Source: Corallococcus interemptor | GTDB taxonomy: Bacteria; Myxococcota; Myxococcia; Myxococcales; Myxococcaceae | Assembly: GCF_050270115.1 (NCBI RefSeq) | Contig: NZ_JBNNJP010000025.1 | DNA length: 18,411 nucleotides | Strand: one strand, 5' to 3' | Part shown: positions 15,125 through 18,411 of the stretch, piece after piece | Layout of the letters: every line of letters starts with the position of its first letter | Position numbering within the stretch: the stretch's first letter is position 1 | Made by a program: the position numbers and the translations under genes | Notes under the pieces: generated by a model | Databases searched by the model: none | Told to the model about the DNA's origin: nothing | Seen by the model: the letters and a program-made list of their open reading frames with translations, nothing else

Positions 15125-15384
15125 CTTGACTCACCTCCTTCATGGCCCGACCTGACGGTCGGGCGTGATGCCTGGGCCAAAGTGGCAGAGCGAGAGAGGA
15201 GCCTCCGAGAGGCACCACACCGCACCTCCAGTCTCGGCAGGGCTGACCTTGCGGCCGTTTGAACCAGCAGCGGATGGACGGCCCGACCGGTTGCCCGGTT
15301 CCCAACGGACGCGTCTTCCCCACTCCAGGTCCCTGCTGTCATGAACCAGGTCGGAACGCCGCGTCTCTCGACATGGCGCCCCAA
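15125..15384 (-). promoter_or_regulatory. rplJ 5' leader (probable L10-leader autoregulatory RNA), about 260 nt, highly structured
   Basis: A long untranslated gap between rplA and rplJ, as in other bacteria where the L10(L12)4 complex binds its own leader. Several hairpins are visible, e.g. CCCGACC-GUCA-GGUCGGG immediately 5' of the RBS and GCCUC-UCG-GAGGC. The specific L10 binding motif was not verified. Confidence 0.45.
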
Positions 15385-15419
15385 TTGCAAAAGCCGGGGG
15401 CCTATACCCCCGGCTTTCG
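15385..15419 (-). terminator. Intrinsic terminator-like hairpin between rplA and rplJ (AAAGCCGGGGG-UAUAGG-CCCCCGGCUUUU)
   Basis: A perfect 11-bp GC-rich stem with a 6-nt loop, followed by UUUU then GCAAUU on the minus-strand transcript. An A-tract lies on the other side, so it is bidirectional in form. A smaller hairpin CGCUCCC-UGAC-GGGGAGCG lies right after the rplA stop (15470-15490). Confidence 0.55.
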
Positions 15420-15521
15420 CAAAGATCCAGCACTTTCTATCGGACCGATGTTCTCCGGGCGACAGGACTGACGCTCCCCGTCAGGGAGCGCACCCTTCCC
15501 TGCCCGTCCTGGCAGCCGCGA

Positions 15522-16235
15522 CTAGCGGTGGCGCGCCAGGATTTCCTGGGTGTCGAGCTTGATGCCCGGACCCATGGTCGTCGAGATGGCGATGCCCTTC
15601 AGGTACACGCCCTTGGCGGTGGCCGGCTTGAGCTTCATCACCAGGTCCACCAGCGCGTTGAAGTTCGCCTCGAGCTTGTCCGCGGCGAAGGAGGCCTTGC
15701 CCATCTTGGCGTGGACGATGCCCGCCTTCTCCGCGCGGAAGTCCACCTTACCGCCCTTGGAGTCGCGGATGGCCTTGGCGACGTCCATGGTCACGGTGCC
15801 GACCTTCGGGTTCGGCATGAGGCCACGGGGACCGAGCACCTTACCGAGGCGGCCGACGATACCCATCATGTCCGGCGTCGCGATGACGGTGTCGAAGTCG
15901 AGGAAGCCCTCCTCGATGCGCTTCTGGAGGTCCTCGGCGCCCACGATGTCCGCGCCGGCGTTGGCGGCCTCGGTGGCGCGCTCACCCTTGGCGAACACGG
16001 CCACGCGCACGGTGGCGCCGGTGCCGTGCGGGAGCACCACGGCGCCACGGACCATCTGGTCCGCGTGCTTCGGGTCCACGCCCAGGTTGATGGCGACGTC
16101 GACCGTCTGGTCGTACTTCGTCGCGCGGGTCTCGACCGTCTTCTTCAGCAGCGCGAAGCCCTCGGCGACAGGGTAGCGCTTGTTGCGGTCCACCAGCTCG
16201 TTGGACGCGCGGAACTTCTTTCCGGAGTTAGCCAT
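15522..16235 (-). CDS. rplA: 50S ribosomal protein L1 (237 aa)
   Basis: [32 protein letters not shown]...[38 protein letters not shown]..., a typical L1. Start at ATG rc of 16233-16235, preferred over the longer ORF-track start, which adds non-conserved residues. Confidence 0.93.
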   Translation of the reverse strand: MANSGKKFRASNELVDRNKRYPVAEGFALLKKTVETRATKYDQTVDVAINLGVDPKHADQMVRGAVVLPHGTGATVRVAVFAKGERATEAANAGADIVGAEDLQKRIEEGFLDFDTVIATPDMMGIVGRLGKVLGPRGLMPNPKVGTVTMDVAKAIRDSKGGKVDFRAEKAGIVHAKMGKASFAADKLEANFNALVDLVMKLKPATAKGVYLKGIAISTTMGPGIKLDTQEILARHR

Positions 16236-16263
16236 TGCAGGAATCCTTGAGAGAGAGGGCGGG

Positions 16264-16710
16264 CTAGCCGACGACGTCGATGCCCATGGAGCGCGCGGTG
16301 CCAGCAATGGTGTTCATGCAGGCTTCGAGGGACGCGGCGGTGGTGTCCTGGATCTTCTTCTTGGCGATCTCCTCCAGCTGCTTGCGGGAGATCTGCCCCA
16401 CCTTCTCCTTGCCCGGCTTCTTCGCGCCCGAACCCTTCTTCTTCTCCGTGTGGAGACCCGCGGCCTTCTTGATGAGGATGGCGGCGGGAGGGGTCTTCAG
16501 GATGAAGGTGAAGGAGCGGTCCTGATACACGGTGATGATCACCGGGATGATCAGACCCTCCTTGGCCTCCGCCTGCGTCTTGGCGTTGAACTGCTTGCAG
16601 AACTCCATGATGTTCACGCCCTGCTGACCGAGCGCGGGACCAATCGGCGGGGCGGGGTTCGCCTTGCCGGCGGGGATCTGCAACTTGACCTGACCTGTGA
16701 CCTTCTTCAT
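16264..16710 (-). CDS. rplK: 50S ribosomal protein L11 (148 aa)
   Basis: [45 protein letters not shown]..., a canonical L11 N-terminal domain (thiostrepton/L11 PPIGPALG motif). Confidence 0.95.
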   Translation of the reverse strand: MKKVTGQVKLQIPAGKANPAPPIGPALGQQGVNIMEFCKQFNAKTQAEAKEGLIIPVIITVYQDRSFTFILKTPPAAILIKKAAGLHTEKKKGSGAKKPGKEKVGQISRKQLEEIAKKKIQDTTAASLEACMNTIAGTARSMGIDVVG

Positions 16711-16782
16711 CGGCGGACTGCTGCCTTTCGCGGGGGTGGTTCCGACGGGCTGTCAGACGGGACAACCCTCCCACCCGTTGAT

Positions 16783-16805
16783 CCGCGCCCGTTTCCCGGG
16801 CGCGG
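16783..16805 (-). promoter_or_regulatory. Perfect 9-bp hairpin (CCGCGCCCG-GGAAA-CGGGCGCGG) in the nusG-rplK intergenic region, no U-tract
   Basis: An inverted repeat seen directly in the sequence. It lies 14 nt after the nusG stop and about 70 nt before the rplK ATG. It could be a processing site, a pause site or part of the L11-operon leader. It is not a classic terminator. Confidence 0.35.
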
Positions 16806-16818
16806 AAGACTGTTGAAA

Positions 16819-17367
16819 CTAGCCGGTGGTCTTTTCCACCTGCATGAAGTCGAGCTCCACGGGGGTCGCACGACCGAAGATGCTGACGAGCACGCGCACG
16901 CGGCCCTTCTCCGGGTTGACCTCTTCCACGGTGCCGTTGAAGTTGGCGAACGGGCCGTCGATGACGCGCACCGTGTCGCTGGTCTCGAACTGGACCTTGG
17001 GCTTGGCCTTGTGGGCGCCCTCGGTGACCTGCGCGGTGAGGCGCTCGACCTCACGGTCCGACATGGGCCGGGGCTGCTCGTTCTGGCCGACGCCCGGGAA
17101 CCCCGTCACCTTGGAGGTGTTCTTCACCAGGTGGACGGTGATGTCGTTGAGCTCCATCTGGACGAAGATGTAGCCCGGAAAGAGCTTGCGGCGGGTGGTC
17201 TTCTTCTCGCCGTTCACCATCTCCACGACCTGCTCCATGGGGATGAGGATCTCACCAATCAGATCCTGGTCCTGCAGGCCCTTGAGGCGCACCTGCTCTT
17301 CCAGGTTCTTCTTCGCCTGGTTCTCGTAGTTCGAGTAGGTCTGGACCGTGAACCATTTCTTCGCCAT
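16819..17367 (-). CDS. nusG: Transcription termination/antitermination factor NusG (182 aa)
   Basis: MAKKWFTVQTYSNYENQAKKNLEEQVRL... (NGN domain) and C-terminal KOW (…RVRVLVSIFGRATPVELDFMQVEK). The ATG (rc of 17365-17367) overlaps the secE stop by 1 nt (TAATG), the typical secE-nusG coupling. Confidence 0.93.
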   Translation of the reverse strand: MAKKWFTVQTYSNYENQAKKNLEEQVRLKGLQDQDLIGEILIPMEQVVEMVNGEKKTTRRKLFPGYIFVQMELNDITVHLVKNTSKVTGFPGVGQNEQPRPMSDREVERLTAQVTEGAHKAKPKVQFETSDTVRVIDGPFANFNGTVEEVNPEKGRVRVLVSIFGRATPVELDFMQVEKTTG

Positions 17368-17810
17368 TACAGCTTCCCCCACAGGGCAGGCAGCCACTCC
17401 ACCATCAAGTTGTAGGCGACGGTGTCGATGCAGAAGAGCAGAACGGCCGCCACCAGCGAGGCGACGACCACGGCCATGGTCGACGCGCGGGTCTCCGACC
17501 AGGTGGGCCAGGTGACCTTCATCAGCTCGGACGCCACGTCGATGGACAGGGCGTGCGTGCGAGGGTGGAAGTAGGCCGCGAGCACCACGGCCAGGCCGGC
17601 CGCGTAGCCCACCAGGGTCGACACGCGCCAGCCGAGGCCCTCGAAGAGTTCCGCGTCGCTCCAGCCGAACCGGCTCCAGAGCAACCCGAAGACGTGCTCC
17701 AGGAAGAGGGCCAGGACGATGCCGGCGACGAGATAGAAGATGACCACGAGCCGCTTGGGGTCGATGCCCGAGCGGTTAGCCTGCTGGCTGGCCTCAGATG
17801 CCGTCGCCAT
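17367..17810 (-). CDS. secE: Preprotein translocase subunit SecE (147 aa, 3 predicted TM helices)
   Basis: Conserved position between tRNA-Trp and nusG. Three hydrophobic helices, the last (…MAVVVASLVAAVLLFCIDTVAYNLM…) resembling the conserved SecE C-terminal TM. GAGG RBS 6 nt upstream of the ATG at 17808-17810. Confidence 0.88.
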   Translation of the reverse strand: MATASEASQQANRSGIDPKRLVVIFYLVAGIVLALFLEHVFGLLWSRFGWSDAELFEGLGWRVSTLVGYAAGLAVVLAAYFHPRTHALSIDVASELMKVTWPTWSETRASTMAVVVASLVAAVLLFCIDTVAYNLMVEWLPALWGKL

Positions 17811-17843
17811 GGTGCCTCACGAGGGACTGCGGAAGCGGGACTG

Positions 17844-17889
17844 CGAAAAGGCAGGGACCCCCGGCACCGCTCGGTACCGGGGGTCCCTG
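17844..17889 (-). terminator. GC-rich hairpin + UUUU (CAGGGACCCCC..GG-loop-CC..GGGGGUCCCUG CC UUUUCGC) between tRNA-Trp and secE; probable partial terminator/processing element
   Basis: Inverted repeat cagggaccccc(17850-17860)/gggggtccctg(17879-17889), with the A-run 17844-17848 on plus giving a U-run on the transcript. It lies immediately 3' of the tRNA on the minus strand. Confidence 0.45.
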
Positions 17890-17898
17890 TACTGAAGC

Positions 17899-17974
17899 TG
17901 GCAGGCCAGGAGGGATTCGAACCCCCAACACGCGGATTTGGAGACCGCTGCTCTACCGTTGGAGCTACTGGCCT
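17899..17974 (-). tRNA. trnW: tRNA-Trp (anticodon CCA), 76 nt with encoded 3' CCA
   Basis: The rc folds as a cloverleaf. Acceptor AGGCCAG/CUGGCCU, D-stem GCUC/GAGC with a GG D-loop, anticodon loop CUCCAAA (U33, CCA at 34-36, A37), T-arm GGGGG-UUCGAAU-CCCUC, discriminator G. About 80% identical to E. coli tRNA-Trp. This is the canonical location between rpmG/tuf and secE. Confidence 0.92.
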
Positions 17975-17999
17975 AAACCTTCATGAACCCAACGACCGA

Positions 18000-18164
18000 C
18001 TAGACCTTGCCTTCTTTGTGGTCCGTGTGCTTGCGGCAACGAGGGCAGAACTTGCTCAGCTCGAGCTTGTCCTGGCTCTTCCGCTTGTTCTTCGTGGTCG
18101 TGTAGTTCCGCTCCTTGCACGTGGTGCACTCGAGCGAAATGATGGAACGATTACCCTTCGGCAT
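18000..18164 (-). CDS. rpmG: 50S ribosomal protein L33 (54 aa); not in the ORF track because it is under 60 aa
   Basis: The rc translates to [54 protein letters not shown], with the CxxC...CxxC zinc ribbon of L33. ATG at rc of 18162-18164, stop TAG at rc of 18000-18002. Confidence 0.9.
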   Translation of the reverse strand: MPKGNRSIISLECTTCKERNYTTTKNKRKSQDKLELSKFCPRCRKHTDHKEGKV

Positions 18165-18258
18165 GGCTTATCTCACCAGATGCGAGAAGGGAAGGCTACA
18201 GAAGCAGCCCTCCCTTCCGCAACTCAGTGCCCGTGGAAGCTGGTCGGCGGGAGGCCGA

Positions 18259-18411
18259 TCAGGCGATGATCTCCGCAACGACGCCGGCGCCCACCGTACG
18301 GCCACCCTCGCGGACGGCGAACCGGAGCTCCTTCTCCATCGCGACCGGGGTGATGAGCTCCACCTCGATGGCGATGTTGTCGCCCGGCATGACCATTTCG
18401 ACGTTGTCCGG
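18259..18411 (-). CDS. tuf: Elongation factor Tu, C-terminal 50 aa only (gene enters from the right edge of the window)
   Basis: The rc translates to ...[50 protein letters not shown], the conserved EF-Tu domain-3 C-terminus. Stop TGA at rc of 18259-18261. Confidence 0.9.
   Translation of the reverse strand, partial: PDNVEMVMPGDNIAIEVELITPVAMEKELRFAVREGGRTVGAGVVAEIIA

Noticed and set aside
14907-15433. ORFs 14907-15323, 15118-15390 and 15140-15433 inside the rplJ leader / overlapping rplJ start
   Set aside because: They lie in the structured L10 leader and terminator region. They are out of frame with rplJ, have no RBS and have non-protein-like composition. The upstream ATG at 15143 is in the wrong frame for L10.

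Overview
High-GC (about 68-70%) bacterial chromosome segment that is coding almost end to end, with every gene on the minus strand. The right two-thirds (5.3-18.4 kb) is the classic, highly conserved 'rif' region: tuf (3' end) - rpmG - tRNA-Trp(CCA) - secE - nusG - rplK - rplA - rplJ - rplL - rpoB - rpoC, with recognisable leader, attenuator and terminator hairpins between the genes. The protein sequences (e.g. the RpoB, RpoC and L10 N-termini, and a 1408-aa RpoB) and the gene order look myxobacterial (Myxococcus/Corallococcus-like). From memory, unverified, the order matches the M. xanthus DK1622 MXAN_3068-3084 locus. Downstream of rpoC, on the same strand, lies a less conserved accessory stretch. 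It holds a pair of phasin-family coiled-coil proteins and an SLT-domain lytic transglycosylase. Next come two uncharacterised proteins (one secreted, with a Pro/Thr/Ala-rich linker) and a Cys-rich TPR outer-membrane lipoprotein that I believe is the type IV pilus secretin pilotin Tgl. The stretch ends with a short RodZ-like HTH membrane protein, recO, and the 5' end of a PfkB sugar kinase. I see no CRISPR, no mobile element and no obvious defence system. The long plus-strand ORFs of 1607 and 1344 aa are antisense artefacts of GC3 bias. The only candidate for anything undescribed is the tightly packed SLT / secreted protein / 154-aa protein / Tgl cluster, and that link is inference.
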